A stretch of 62,927 bases of DNA, filler included, from Octopus bimaculoides (taxonomy: Eukaryota): NCBI RefSeq assembly GCF_001194135.2. It is 6 parts of 6 records of this genome, joined end to end, with 100 filler letters (N's around TTAATTAATTAA, not from the genome) between each part and the next. Parts side by side here need not be neighbours in the genome. Positions count along the whole stretch, not along the records: positions 19,726 to 38,881 come from NC_068995.1; positions 38,982 to 53,042 come from NC_069000.1; 4 more parts are not named here. One strand, written 5' to 3'. Of this stretch, positions 27,714 through 40,436 are shown piece after piece (the stretch's first letter is position 1; the number at the start of each line of letters is the position of its first letter). Below the pieces are notes generated by a model that made no database searches, was not told the origin of the DNA, and was given only the letters and a program-made list of their open reading frames with translations. Made by a program: the position numbers and the translations under genes.

Positions 27714-29532
27714 TATATTCATTTCAATGATTTCATTTCAAGTTTTAATTCGTTATTTGCAAAACCCACAGTTTATTCCATATACGTAATGTAAAAAAAA
27801 AAAAAATCATTTATTGAACGAGTGAATGCTATTAGACGAAATAACTATATAACTTTGAGGCTTATGATACAAGGCACAATTTCAAGAATATCTGTTTCCG
27901 GAGTTTTTTGAAAAAAATGAAATTTTTTTAATATACCGGTATAATTAAAAAGAAAAAAAAAATTAAGAAGTGATTTTATTGGTATGGCTGTTTGGAATGC
28001 TATAAGCCTTACAATAATAATAACTATGTGATCACTAAATGTAGTTGAGTTACCTTGAAGTTTGTTTTAATTAGAGATATATTACAACTAAGATAAATTA
28101 TTGAAAGAAATATTTACTAAGCAGGTGAGATTTTTTATAAATTGAAGTTTTCAGGAAAATTTTCTTTCTGAAGTTCCTTTCATTATTGAATATTTATTTC
28201 ATGTTCACAAATTTAAATATTCAGTACAAGATATTTTTTAACGCGCTTTTATAGGTTTGACTCTCATCGATAAAAAGCAGTTTCGAAGCGTCTGTTATTA
28301 CTTAATATCACAAATTTAAATATTCGTTGCCAAGCTTTACGTTCACTACAGAGTAGGTTTTAACATTTGATAAACGATATTATGTTCTGGCGAAATTTTT
28401 CGTTTTCATTTGCAACACAGTCTCTCCCTCTCTTTCTCTCTCTCTCTCTCTCGCACGCGCCTCTAATTGTTTTCAGAAATCATAATTTACTTACTATATA
28501 TTCATTGCATTTTTTTTCATTTCAAGTTCTATTTCGTTATTTCAGATGAGGAAATCAGGTATTTTGTTGACTTAAATTCGCTGTGTAAATCTCTTCAGTT
28601 TATTGTTTATACATACTGGAAAAAAAATTATTGGACAACTTATTAAAACTTACTGAAGCTTCGAACTCATGTGACTTATTCCCTTTTCGTCGTTATCTAA
28701 GACTTATCAAGTGAATTTGTTGCTATGGCTATTTGATACGCTATAGGTTTATAAACTCTCTATGTGATCGCTGCTATTTTTTGCACACTAAACATAGTTG
28801 GACTAACTTGATGTTTATTTAAAAAAGGGAGATTATGACTGTGATAAAATTATGAAAGTAATATTTATTAAGCAAGTGAGCTCTATTATACAAAGAAATA
28901 ATTAAGCGTAAAATATCATAAAAATGATTTGAATTGGGAATCAAATGTGAAAATATTATCAATTGGCAAGCAGAAAACCGCCCGGAAGGCGGTCTTTCTG
29001 CTAGTGTATATATATATCAAAGTTTGTGTGTGTGTGTGTGTGTTAGCAAACATGTGTATACACACGTACGTATATATGTGAGCTTGCATGCAAATATGAG
29101 TATATCAGTGAGGTGAAATGAGTAACGGTGGTGGTGGGGGCACGATAAAATTAAATGAAACCATTGAAGGTGTTGTCGCAGCATGAGCGCAGTTCAAACA
29201 AACACAACCATAAATGAACAAATGAACCGACAGAATATTTTATTCAAGTATTTCTTTACTTTGGTATTTATTTGTCTGTTTGTTTGTTTGTTTAGTGTAA
29301 CAAAAGTTGTGAAGTCCTCCACGCTTTAATTTACTCACCGACCTAATTTCACCACAAACAGCCTTTTAGAAGGAAAGATTTCTCTCTCTCTCTCTCTCTC
29401 TCCAGCTTTTTCTCTCCCATTCTCTCTCCTTCCTCTCTCTGTCACTCTCCGCTCTCTCCCCTCCCCTCTCTCTTTCTCTCTCTCTCTTTCTCTCTCTCTC
29501 TTTCTCTCTCTCTCTTTCTCTCTCTCTCTCTT

Positions 29533-29578
<46 letters not shown>

Positions 29579-29782
29579 TTTGTGTGTGCTCCGACGTATG
29601 TGTGTGTGTCTATCTGTGTATGTCATTTTGTGTGAATGAAAACCAATCAGTAGAGTTAGTAATGACACAAATTAATATAGTGACTTTGGGACTTTTAATT
29701 AATTACAATTTTATTGGTGGTAAAGTGAAAGAATCATTAATGATTACCGGGGGACACATTCTGTATTAAAACAGTGAAGTCA

Positions 29783-29886
29783 GCGATAGCGCACACACAG
29801 ACACGTATACGCACACGTACGCGCACGCACGCACGCGCACGCACGCACGCGCACGCACGCGCACGCACGCACGCGCACGCACGCAC
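29783..29886 (+). repeat. (GCAC)/(GC)-rich alternating purine-pyrimidine microsatellite
   Basis: gcgcacgcacgcacgcgcacgc.. tract. Confidence 0.9.
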
Positions 29887-30689
29887 AAATAATGTAGAGA
29901 ATCAAAATATGTTAATTTATAAATAATATAACTGTAAGGGAGATAATCAAGCAGGATAAAAAGTAAAACTTGCCAAAAGGGCAGATGACCCCATCATGGG
30001 GTCAACTATTACAGTAAGAGTAGGGTAGTAAGACATATGAGAAATTTCCAGAAGAGTTTTCAAGAATTTGCATTCTATGCCCGACACTAGCAAAGCATAA
30101 GCAAACCTGTCTAAAAATGTTAGCTATAGCATTAGGTGATACTTCACATTGTTGTTACATACTAAGAGTGTCTCAGTTTGTTTCTAAGAACCTCTTAGGT
30201 GTAGGTTTAGTATTGTTAGGCAAACTTCGGCAAGGCAGCGAATTAGCATATCAGTAGAGTGTCGGATGGGACATTTTCCTGAATTTGTTCCGACTCGCTG
30301 CAGTCTGAGTTCATATCACTCTGAGGTCAACTTTGCCTTTCATCCTGCCAGGGTCGAAAAAAAAAGAACCAGTTGTGGATGGTGGTGATTGGCAGAAACT
30401 GTTTGAATGCCGAACCGAATGCTTTGTGGTAACTGTTGCTTGCGTTCTGAGCTCAAGTACCGTTAGGCCTACATGCAAGCATTCGTGCTAGGTCACCGAT
30501 TTGAGGATACCTTCTTACTGCTCTCCTTACAGAACTAGGAAGTCCTGAGTAAAAAAGAAGAATTCGCTAATTAGTTTGGATTTCCACTGCTATCATCGCC
30601 ACGACGACGACTCCCCACCCTACCCAACCACCATACTACCATAGCCACCGCTACCACCGCTACCTGTTGAAATCCTAGTTTGTCCAATA

Positions 30690-31040
30690 AGGTTGTTGTA
30701 TGGATGTGGGGCATAACTGAGTTCATTGGAGCTGATGTGCTAAAGATGAGTTCTGTGAGTAGATTGAGAAATCTGTTGAAGAAATAATTCAGTTCTAGAA
30801 TGAAAAAAAAGTTGTTTGATGGTGGTCAGGTGGCAAACACTGCAATATTTTGGCCACATTATCAGAAGCCGGAACTTCTGTGCCTGGATCAGTGTGGGAT
30901 GAGAGGAGAGAAAACAAGCTGGTGGGATACAAAGACGAAGATGGAGCAATGACATCAAGGACTGAATGGGGAGGATTTTGGTAGTGCGTATGACTGCAGC
31001 ACAAGGCCGGACTGGTGGCTGTGTCTGAGGTAAGCTATGA
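30690..31040 (+). mobile_element. Degenerate RTE-like 3' coding fragment
   Basis: LQYFGHIIRS and RRWSNDIKD-like remnants typical of RTE C-termini. Confidence 0.6.
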
Positions 31041-31389
31041 AGGTGGTCATCTTCAATAATAAACGAGAAAAGAATTGACATCCTTTATAAATTGTAAACT
31101 TTTGAAGACAAAAATCTGCCAATAACAAACGCTTCAGTAATTTGTGTTCATCAATCAGATCGGAGCATTTACTCGATTCTTTGAAGAATCAGATGGTTAT
31201 CTCGCACAAAACTGCTGCAGCGAGTGATGTAACTTCGAAGTAGAAATGTCTTTTTATCTGTAAAACACCGTCCTTTAACTTCAATATTTTCAGATTCCGA
31301 GTGGATGCTTCAATTAGCTTATCTTTTCGATAGCTTTTTCTTAATTTAATGACTGAAATATCGCTCTTCAAGGTTGTGATTGATTAATT

Positions 31390-31970
31390 ATTGCTTCAAT
31401 GGAGAAAATAAATGCTTTTAAAGAAAAACTCAGATTGTAGAACAAAGAAAAACTACATTCCATTATTCAATCTACTGAAAGAAGATTACATTAATAATTT
31501 TATTATAACGTTTAATAATCTTATTATAATCTATTACATTAATAATTTTAATGATGTGCAGAATATTATTTCTAACTATTTACCAAAACTGATTGAAAGA
31601 ATTCAATTACTTCATTCCAACAGAAGATGATGATAGAACTTACAACTTGGGAGTGAAGTCCATTTAGCTCTGACGTTAAATGATTTCTATAAAGATTTTG
31701 TCAACATTAATGAATTTCAAGAAGAGTTTATTGAAGTTCAAAATGATGTGGCAGTTATAATTTCCATTAAAATGTCGAATCTATCGTTTCAGTTTGGTTG
31801 AAGGTTTGAATGTTAGAATTGGTGAAAATGAAGGAAGAAAGGTGCTTCTTCCGCTTTGAACAATTTCTTTGTAAATCAGGATTTCCAACCACAACAAGAA
31901 ACCAATGGCAACGAGAAGATGCAGCTCACTGAAAATTAAACCTGGTCTTAAAGAACTTTTCTATACTTGT
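31390..31970 (+). mobile_element. hAT transposase C-terminal remnant
   Basis: EFQEEFIEVQND and KVLLPL..SLCKSGF-like remnants of the hAT dimerisation region; many stops. Confidence 0.5.
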
Positions 31971-32676
31971 CCAACTTGAAAGTTCGTTTTATGTTACATG
32001 AAATGTGTATAGAGTTTCATGTAATGTAAGCAAGGAGTGTTGGAACTTTACCGTAAAACAGTGGAGTGGTAAAAAGTTTGCTAAGAGACTAAGGTTTACT
32101 AAATTAGGAATCAGACCACCGTCTGTATTTCTAAGACTTAGTATAAAGTCTTTAATGAAAGCAGTTTAAAACAAGTAAAGTCAACTGTGAAATAACATAT
32201 TTAATTGCCAACAACAGAGTAAAAAGAAGTAAAAGATGTAGATAGGTTTGGGAAAGTGAGCAGTTCGAAAACATCTAATTTGTGAAGTGGATGACATAAG
32301 GTTAGTCTGCAATATTTGAAACTGTTTGTGGTTCCAAGACTGGGATCACTAATCACCAACAAAGTCATCCGGCAAAAGAAAAGGCTGAATACAGTTCATT
32401 GATAGCAGAGTGTGTAACATAAAATACACGAGGCATGGGGATAGGAGGTTTGTAAATCTATCGCTGGTTTTGAAAGATAATATACTTTAATAAATTTTAA
32501 TGTGTTTATACATCAATATGCAGATGTATCAACCGATATACAATGTGGGGTTTACAAAAAGGCATGTCGAAACCTGGAAGATTTAAAGAGTCAGTGATGA
32601 AAGTATGATTCTTTAAATGGCTAATGGTGGTCATCTTCAGATACAACAGGATTACAAACGTACGCACACATGCACG

Positions 32677-32738
<62 letters not shown>

Positions 32739-32894
32739 TGCATGGCTGCATAGTTAAGAAAATCATTTCGCAGCCACGTAATTTTGTCAAAAATGTTCAA
32801 AGTAAACCGTGTTCTGCGTGAGAAATTCCACCTGTATACGAAGTTTCAAACTGTTTAGTTAAAAAAAAAATAATTAAAAGACCTGTGAGCCAAA

Positions 32895-33160
32895 TTGAAC
32901 AGGTACGGGTTCAGTCACACTGCGTAACACTTTGAGAAAGCGCCAGCTACATTAGCTCTGGACTGAGCAATTCCTTGAGAGTGAATTTGGTCTATATGCA
33001 TTTATACTTACGTACGTGCATACATACATACACACATACATACATACATGCATACATACACACGTGTGTGTTTGTGTGTGTGTGTATGTGTGTACATGTG
33101 CTTCATTGTGTCCCCCACTTAACATGCGGTGATGGTTTGTTTTACGTCCTTATAACTTAC
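32895..33160 (+). mobile_element. Old, diverged SINE family 1 copy
   Basis: gggttcagtcacactgcgtaacactttgagaaag head, central (CATA)/(TG)n and a degraded 3' half. Confidence 0.55.
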
Positions 33161-33167
33161 GCGCGCG

Positions 33168-33210
<43 letters not shown>

Positions 33211-34321
33211 NNNNNNNNNNNNNNNNNNNNNNNNNNNNNNNNNNNNNNNNNNNNNNNNNNNNNNNNNNNNNNNNNNNNNNNNNNNNNNNNNNNNNNNNNN
33301 NNNNNNNNNNNNNNNNNNNNNNNNNNNNNNNNNNNNNNNNNNNNNNNNNNNNNNNNNNNNNNNNNNNNNNNNNNNNNNNNNNNNNNNNNNNNNNNNNNNN
33401 NNNNNNNNNNNNNNNNNNNNNNNNNNNNNNNNNNNNNNNNNNNNNNNNNNNNNNNNNNNNNNNNNNNNNNNNNNNNNNNNNNNNNNNNNNNNNNNNNNNN
33501 NNNNNNNNNNNNNNNNNNNNNNNNNNNNNNNNNNNNNNNNNNNNNNNNNNNNNNNNNNNNNNNNNNNNNNNNNNNNNNNNNNNNNNNNNNNNNNNNNNNN
33601 NNNNNNNNNNNNNNNNNNNNNNNNNNNNNNNNNNNNNNNNNNNNNNNNNNNNNNNNNNNNNNATGTCGTGTATAAACTAAATAACAATAATAATTAACAA
33701 TAAAATGAAATAATAAAGATTTCCCCAAAGAATAAAAATTATGATTTTAAAAATTACTTGTTTTTTTGTCCTAGCTTTTTTTTATACCTAGTTTTTTTTA
33801 GAGTCTGTTTTTCTCTAGGGCTTTTTGCTCTAGGGGAGGGAGCTGTCCTACACTCCACACACACACACACACACATACACACACACACACACACGCACAC
33901 ACACAACGATAGAGAAAATAACTACTTGTCTTAAAGTAAATAGAAGGGTGATTTATTCGACGTCGAGACCCAGTATGGCCGCAGACCAGTATAGCCAAAG
34001 TTAAGTGGTCAGTGACTTATTGCTGCTGTTGTTTAACGCATGTTCAGCCCTGACCAAAGAGAACTAGGATTCGTAGCGTTCCAGTCGTGGCCAATCCCGT
34101 ATTTCATCATATTTACAAACAACTACATTGTCTAAAATTAGCTTTCACGGTGGTTGGGTTGATTTGAAGGAGATTAGGCTGCTGTTTCTAGCAGAATGAG
34201 CAAAACCGTTGAGGTGGTGTGATGTGATATGACCTGTGGACCTCCTCCTCTCACTCTGTCTCTTTCCCTCTCTCTATGCATGTCTTTCAGCACAGTGCTG
34301 TTAGCACCTGGCAATACGACA

Positions 34322-34506
34322 CTCCAGCAAACTACCCAGATATATCATCATCATCATCATCGTCATCATCATCATCACTGTTAGGAACAGCAGCTGTAAC
34401 AACTACCGCAACATTATCATCACTCTCACTACCACCACGATTGCCACCACCGTCTCGCTTCTATAATCACCTTTCCATCACTACCCTCCATAACAACAAC
34501 AACAAT

Positions 34507-34582
<76 letters not shown>

Positions 34583-34690
34583 CTCTACCAACTTACCAAC
34601 TGCCTGTTCAAGCATTCGTCCATTAATACCATCACCACCACCACTACCACCAGCACCAGCACCAGCAGCACCTCCACCACCACCCATCGT
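34322..34690 (+). repeat. Compound (CAT)/(CAC)/(AAC)/(TAC)/(TGC) trinucleotide cluster
   Basis: Directly visible. Confidence 0.9.
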
Positions 34691-34914
34691 TACCAGCCAG
34701 CTACAGTTTTGATAGAGGCACCAGGTTTTTAGCCCAAATATGACCCTTCACCCTTAGACGACCACAATGTTAACAATATGCCCAACAGGTTGCTGATTTC
34801 GTTTAATAAATTTACAAAATAATGGCTGCTCTCATTTATATGCAAACATTGTTGTTACTGCTATTTAGACTTTAAAAAATAGCATTTTCGTTCTTCTTTT
34901 TCATATGTGTGTGT

Positions 34915-35116
34915 GTTGTGTTTGTACCCCACCACAGCTTGTCAACCGGTATTGGTGTGTTTACGTCCACATGACATACCGGTTTGGTAAAAATAAAAAA
35001 AGAACGATTAAAAAGTACCAGGCTTAAAAATTAGTATGGGGTCGATTGATTCGACAGAAATTCTTCCAGGCGGTGGTCCAGCATGACCGCAGTCTGACGA
35101 CTTAAACTAGCAAAAG
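34915..35116 (+). mobile_element. SINE family 1-related 3' half (a similar copy lies at 20145-20335)
   Basis: cttgtcaaccggtattggtgtgtttacgtcc..ccagcatgaccgcagtc..aaactagcaaaaga is the reverse complement of the family-1 tail. Confidence 0.75.
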
Positions 35117-35274
35117 AGTAACAGAATACATACATGTATTCCAGCCAGCTGGAAAAGATGTTTTCCTGATTTTAAAAAGGTAGTAACACGTCCTAATCAG
35201 GACTGCCACTTTAGTTTGGCAAATAAACTTTACTCTCTCTCTCTTTCTTTCTTTCTTTCTCACTCTCTCCCTCC

Positions 35275-35316
<42 letters not shown>

Positions 35317-35716
35317 NNNNNNNNNNNNNNNNNNNNNNNNNNNNNNNNNNNNNNNNNNNNNNNNNNNNNNNNNNNNNNNNNNNNNNNNNNNNNNNNNNNN
35401 NNNNNNNNNNNNNNNNNNNNNNNNNNNNNNNNNNNNNNNNNNNNNNNNNNNNNNNNNNNNNNNNNNNNNNNNNNNNTATACATATATATATATATATATA
35501 CATATATATATCTTCGAAACGTCAGGTTAGAGTAGAGGCAGCTGATGAAGGAATATTGCAAGTGGCTTTCCGTTTTCCTATGTGTTCGTTCCGTTGTCTG
35601 TAGTTCATTGTTCTAACGTCCTGTACCCTGATATGCATATATATATACACATGTAGATGTAAGTATGTACATATATGTGTGTATACATGTATATATATTC
35701 TTTGTATTATATATAT

Positions 35717-35768
<52 letters not shown>

Positions 35769-35814
35769 TAAAGTTAGATAAGGCCGGTTTATGGATTACC
35801 TTAGGTTTTACGTC

Positions 35815-36477
35815 CATAAAGGGATTAGCTTGATGGCGTATCATCAGATCCCAAATCTTGTTGGCTGAAGGCCTCTCTAGCAAGTGACCTCTGTAGAATA
35901 TGTAGGAGGAAAGGAGCCTGTTACTCAATGACAACGAAGGGGATTGTCTCCCCTTGGATATTGATCGACGATGCCAATAAAGGGGATTGTATCCCTTTGG
36001 TTATCGATCGTCGGTGACCCTGTTATCCCGTGGGTTCGAATAGGCTAGCAGGAATTTCCTGAAATGTAAGCACGGTCCGAAGACCTCCGTTCTAGAGTTC
36101 AGGATGTTCCCTGGGTCGAAGGAGTCCTTTAGGATCCTCACCGTTCCGCTTTGCATAACTTACAGCGATTGGTCACGTTAATGTAGGGGCCTCGATTTTC
36201 TTCGGACCGTGCTTACATTTCAGGAAATTCCTGCAAGCCTATTGGAACCCACGGGATAACAGGGTCACGGCGATCGATAGCCAAAGGACACAATCTCCTT
36301 TGTTAACATCGACGATCGATAGCCAAGGGGAGACAATCCTCTTTGTTGACAATGAGTAACAGGGTCTTTTTCTCCTCCACATTCTAGAGAGGCCACTCGC
36401 TAGACAGGCCTTTAGCCAACAGGTTTTGGGATCTGATGATACGCTAAGCCCTTTATGGGCTTAGCGTATCATCAGAT
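35815..36477. mobile_element. Foldback-like palindromic element: ~265-bp inverted arms, 115-bp spacer and a terminal 21-bp perfect hairpin
   Basis: 35815-36083 is the reverse complement of 36199-36457 (e.g. gcaggaatttcctgaaatgtaagcacggtccgaaga). Each arm carries a ~41-bp internal tandem subrepeat. Confidence 0.9.
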
Positions 36478-37142
36478 GCTGGGGAAAACGGCGGCCGAAA
36501 CAGTTGTCGTGCTTCAAACAGATTACAAGAACACTGCCATGAGCAAAACACAAATATACGAGTCGTTTTCTCGCTTTAGCAATGGTCACTTGTCGCCTGA
36601 AGTCCAACCTCGTTCAGAGAAACCATCGACCTACCGAACGAATCAAAACATCATGAAAATTCATGAACTGATCTTGGAAGACCGTCATTGATTAATTGAC
36701 GAACTTGTTGATATGAATGGTGTGTCCTGGAGGTCCTGCCATCGAATTTTGAGCGAGGAATTGCGAATGAAAAGAGTTGCAGCAAAATTTGTGCCTCACT
36801 TGCTCACAGAAGATCAAATACAGTCACAACTAAATGCGTGTAGGGAACAGAAAGAATAGTTGTAAGTGGATCCTTATCTTTTTTCCGAAGGTCAACACTG
36901 GTAACAAAAGCTGGTTCTATGGAATTTGCAGATATGGAAGAGTTGAAGAAAAAAACAACGGAGGTGTTAAACGGAATCGTTTCGCAAGAGTTCCAGGACT
37001 GCTTTGAACAGTTGAAAAAGCGCCTGGATTGATTCATTGCTTCAAATGGAAAATACTTCGAAGACGATAAAAATGTAAACATGTAAAACTGAATTAATAA
37101 AATAATATTGCAAAATTCCGGTTTCTTTTGGGTACCCCCCGT
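36478..37142 (+). mobile_element. Mariner transposon relic (left end missing)
   Basis: LGKTAAETVVVLQTDYKNTAMSKTQIYESFSRFSNG..QPRSEKPST (mariner HTH region); right TIR-like ttccggtttcttttgggtacccccc. Confidence 0.85.
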
Positions 37143-38221
37143 TGTATAGACATACATACATGCATATACATTTGTGTGTGTGTATGTATGTGTTTGTATT
37201 TGTCCCCCACCACCGCTTTACAACCGCTGTTGTGTATTTATGTCTCCATATTGTGTGTACGTGCGCGCACGCGTGTGAGTGTGTGCGTGTATAGTTCAAA
37301 TTTATAGAAAACAAAAGACGAAGATAGGTGATGGAACAACAAGCATATATATATATATGCCCCTCCTGTACGTGCTTCACAGCGTTCAAGACATACACAC
37401 TTCACGTCTGGCTGTACAGCCTTTTTGTTTGTTTATTTCACCGTTTCGTTTTCCTGTCTTGTTTTCCGTCCGCCACTACCCTCCACGAAAACAATTTAAT
37501 TTGTGTTCGTGGAAAGAACCATTTTAACGATGCGTACTGCCTTAATTCTTCGAAACGCCGGAGTTTTAATGGTGGCAGCTGATGAAGGGGATGTTTCTAT
37601 GTGGCCTGCTTGTTTGTTGCACCTTGTTTACCATTTTGTCCTTGTTCTTTTGCCACGTCATGTACCCAGTTATGTATCTATATGTACATGTAGATGAACG
37701 TATNNNNNNNNNNNNNNNNNNNNNNNNNNNNNNNNNNNNNNNNNNNNNNNNNNNNNNNNNNNNNNNNNNNNNNNNNNNNNNNNNNNNNNNNNNNNNNNNN
37801 NNNNNNNNNNNNNNNNNNNNNNNNNNNNNNNNNNNNNNNNNNNNNNNNNNNNNNNNNNNNNNNNNNNNNNNNNNNNNNNNNNNNNNNNNNNNNNNNNNNN
37901 NNNNNNNNNNNNNNNNNNNNNNNNNNNNNNNNNNNNNNNNNNNNNNNNNNNNNNNNNNNNNNNNNNNNNNNNNNNNNNNNNNNNNNNNNNNNNNNNNNNN
38001 NNNNNNNNNNNNNNNNNNNNNNNNNNNNNNNNNNNNNNNNNNNNNNNNNNNNNNNNNNNNNNNNNNNNNNNNNNNNNNNNNNNNNNNNNNNNNNNNNNNN
38101 NNNNNNNNNNNNNNNNNNNNNNNNNNNNNNNNNNNNNNNNNNNNNNNNNNNNNNNNNNNNNNNNNNNNGCGTGTGAGTGTGTGCGTGTATAGTTCAAATT
38201 TATAGAAAACAAAAGACGAAA

Positions 38222-38815
38222 ACAGGTGGTGTAGACAACACGCAGATGTATTAGTTTAACGCTGGGGAAGTGAAAAAGTCTTTAACGTTTCGAGCGTACG
38301 CTCTTCCACAGAAAGGAACACAGAAAGAAACAAGGAGAGAAAATAAAGACTGTGTAGTGGCTAGCGATCTATCATGGAATGACAGGAAGAAAAAGCAGAA
38401 AGTGCAAAAAAAGTTTAGAAAGTATAAAAAAGTTACGAAAAGTTCAAAAGGTTCAAAAGATTCGAACGTCGTGGTATATTGGAGCGATTTTTCATCAACA
38501 GCGGAGTCCAGTGTAATCCATGGGCAGGAGAGGGGCAGCTGAAGTGTACGAGAGTAGAAAGTCCAGGTAGAGAATCCGTGAAAGTTCGTTGGGTGGTGAG
38601 AGGAGACAGGATCAAATGGTGTGACCACGTGAGCGTGTAATATATGGGGAGAATTCACAAAGAAAAAAGCAAAAGATGAGGACAGGTGGTGTAGACAACA
38701 AACAGATGTATTAGTTTAACGTTCGGGAAGTGAAAAAGTGTTTAACGTTTCGAGCCTACGCTCTTCCACAGAAAGGAATACAGAAAGAAACAAGGTGAGA
38801 AATAAAGAATGTGTA
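38222..38815 (-). mobile_element. 460-bp-period unit bounded by ~130-bp direct repeats, each with a variant hammerhead-like motif (pseudo-LTR / retrozyme-like)
   Basis: 38222-38350 repeats at 38682-38812. Minus strand CUUU-CUGUGGA-A-GAGC-GUAC-GCUC-GAAAC-GUU-AAAG at 38280-38315, and a variant at 38740-38775. Confidence 0.7.
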
Positions 38816-38981
38816 CGTTTTGGGATTTGGTTTGCAAGATTCCTTATGTGAATTCGTGTGATATTAAAAGGCATCACTTCANNNNNNNNNNNNNNNNNNN
38901 NNNNNNNNNNNNNNNNNNNNNNNNNTTAATTAATTAANNNNNNNNNNNNNNNNNNNNNNNNNNNNNNNNNNNNNNNNNNNN

Positions 38982-39029
<48 letters not shown>

Positions 39030-39036
<7 letters not shown>

Positions 39037-39196
39037 CATATATACAACGGGTTTCTTTCAGTTTCCATCTGCCAAATCCACTCACAAGGCTTTGGTTGGC
39101 CCGAGGCTTTAGTAGAAGACACTTGCCCAAGGTGTCACGCAATGTGACTGAATCCGGAACCATGTGGTTCATAAGCAAGCTACTTACCACACAGCC
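39030..39196 (-). mobile_element. SINE family 1, 5' half
   Basis: Same head and body blocks. Confidence 0.85.
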
Positions 39197-39199
39197 TTG

Positions 39200-39858
39200 A
39201 AAAAAAATGAGATAGCTTTTGGAGGGATAATTTTTATTTTAATGATAATGTTTCCAGTTACTCTAATGAGTTTTGAGCTTTTCCACAGCTGTTTTCAAAC
39301 TGAAATTCTGTGGTTTAAAAGGTTGTTCACATAGCAACAGATCTTTTTCCTACAAGTATACAGATAAAAAATAAAAACAAGAAACAAAAGATTAAAAAAA
39401 TAACGAATATAAAAACTAATATAAAAAATAAAATAAAAAATAATAAAAGAGTACAAAAAGTAAATACAACAGCATGTGTGAAAAAGGAAGAAGAAAGAAG
39501 AAAAGAAGGAAGAAGGAAGAAGAAAGAAGAAAAGAAGGAAGAAGGAAAAAAAGTTGGAAAGTAAGAAGACAAAAGTATAAAGAAACAGAATATTTTTAGA
39601 AGTGGTCAAAAAAAGTTGTGAGTTCTTGTCAAAAGATGACGTTTGTGAATCTATTGATTTGAGGTCATTTTATTAATTTTTCACATTTGGTATGGTATGC
39701 CCTTATTTAGTCACATACACACCACACACATGCACCCTTAACATCCCCACACATACATCCATACCCATACTTCCACATACACTCACACATACATATATAC
39801 AGACATATATATATATACATATACATACATACACACATAGACACACACACACACACAT

Positions 39859-39899
<41 letters not shown>

Positions 39900-40436
39900 C
39901 ATACATATATATGTGTGTACACATGCATATGTTTTCACGTAGCATCANNNNNNNNNNAGTCAAATCGTCCAACCCATGCTGGCATGGAAGGCGGACGTTA
40001 AACGATGATGATGATGATGATGATACACACATAAGAGGGTGTACATACATACAAACTTATATCCCTATATTTTTATGTAAATATACATACTTACTTACCT
40101 GCACACACACATATATACATATATACACACACCTATAGATATTTCCACATATATATGCACATGCATACATAAGATAGTACAAAAAAGAGTGTATACTCAC
40201 ATTAGGTGGATGTGTCATCAAAAAACAGGATTAGACCTCTTACTCTCAAGAGTCCCAGTTGAATTTAGCTTCACAGCAAGAAGTGCAAGGGAAGGCAGCA
40301 TGCATTGAATGTCAAGTTCTAAAAAACTTTTTTTGGAAAGTAAAAAATGTGTATGTTGTAAAATCAAATGGTTGTGCTCCAGCATGTTCACAGTTTGTGA
40401 ACTGAAACTAGTTCAATTCAGTTCAATTGATATATG
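39200..40436 (-). repeat. Left arm of a ~1.25-kb inverted repeat (inverted copy of the Penelope 3' region)
   Basis: Reverse complement of 45254-46575 in long collinear blocks, e.g. gaatttagcttcacagcaagaagtgcaag, gttcttgtcaaaagatgac and ggttgttcacatagcaacaga. Roughly 80-90% by eye, with microsatellite length differences. Confidence 0.9.
39958..40024 (+). mobile_element. RTE 3' terminus with (GAT)n tail
   Basis: caacccatgctggcatggaaggcggacgttaaacgatgatgat resembles the 3' end of the 47079 RTE. Present only in the left inverted arm. Confidence 0.7.
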
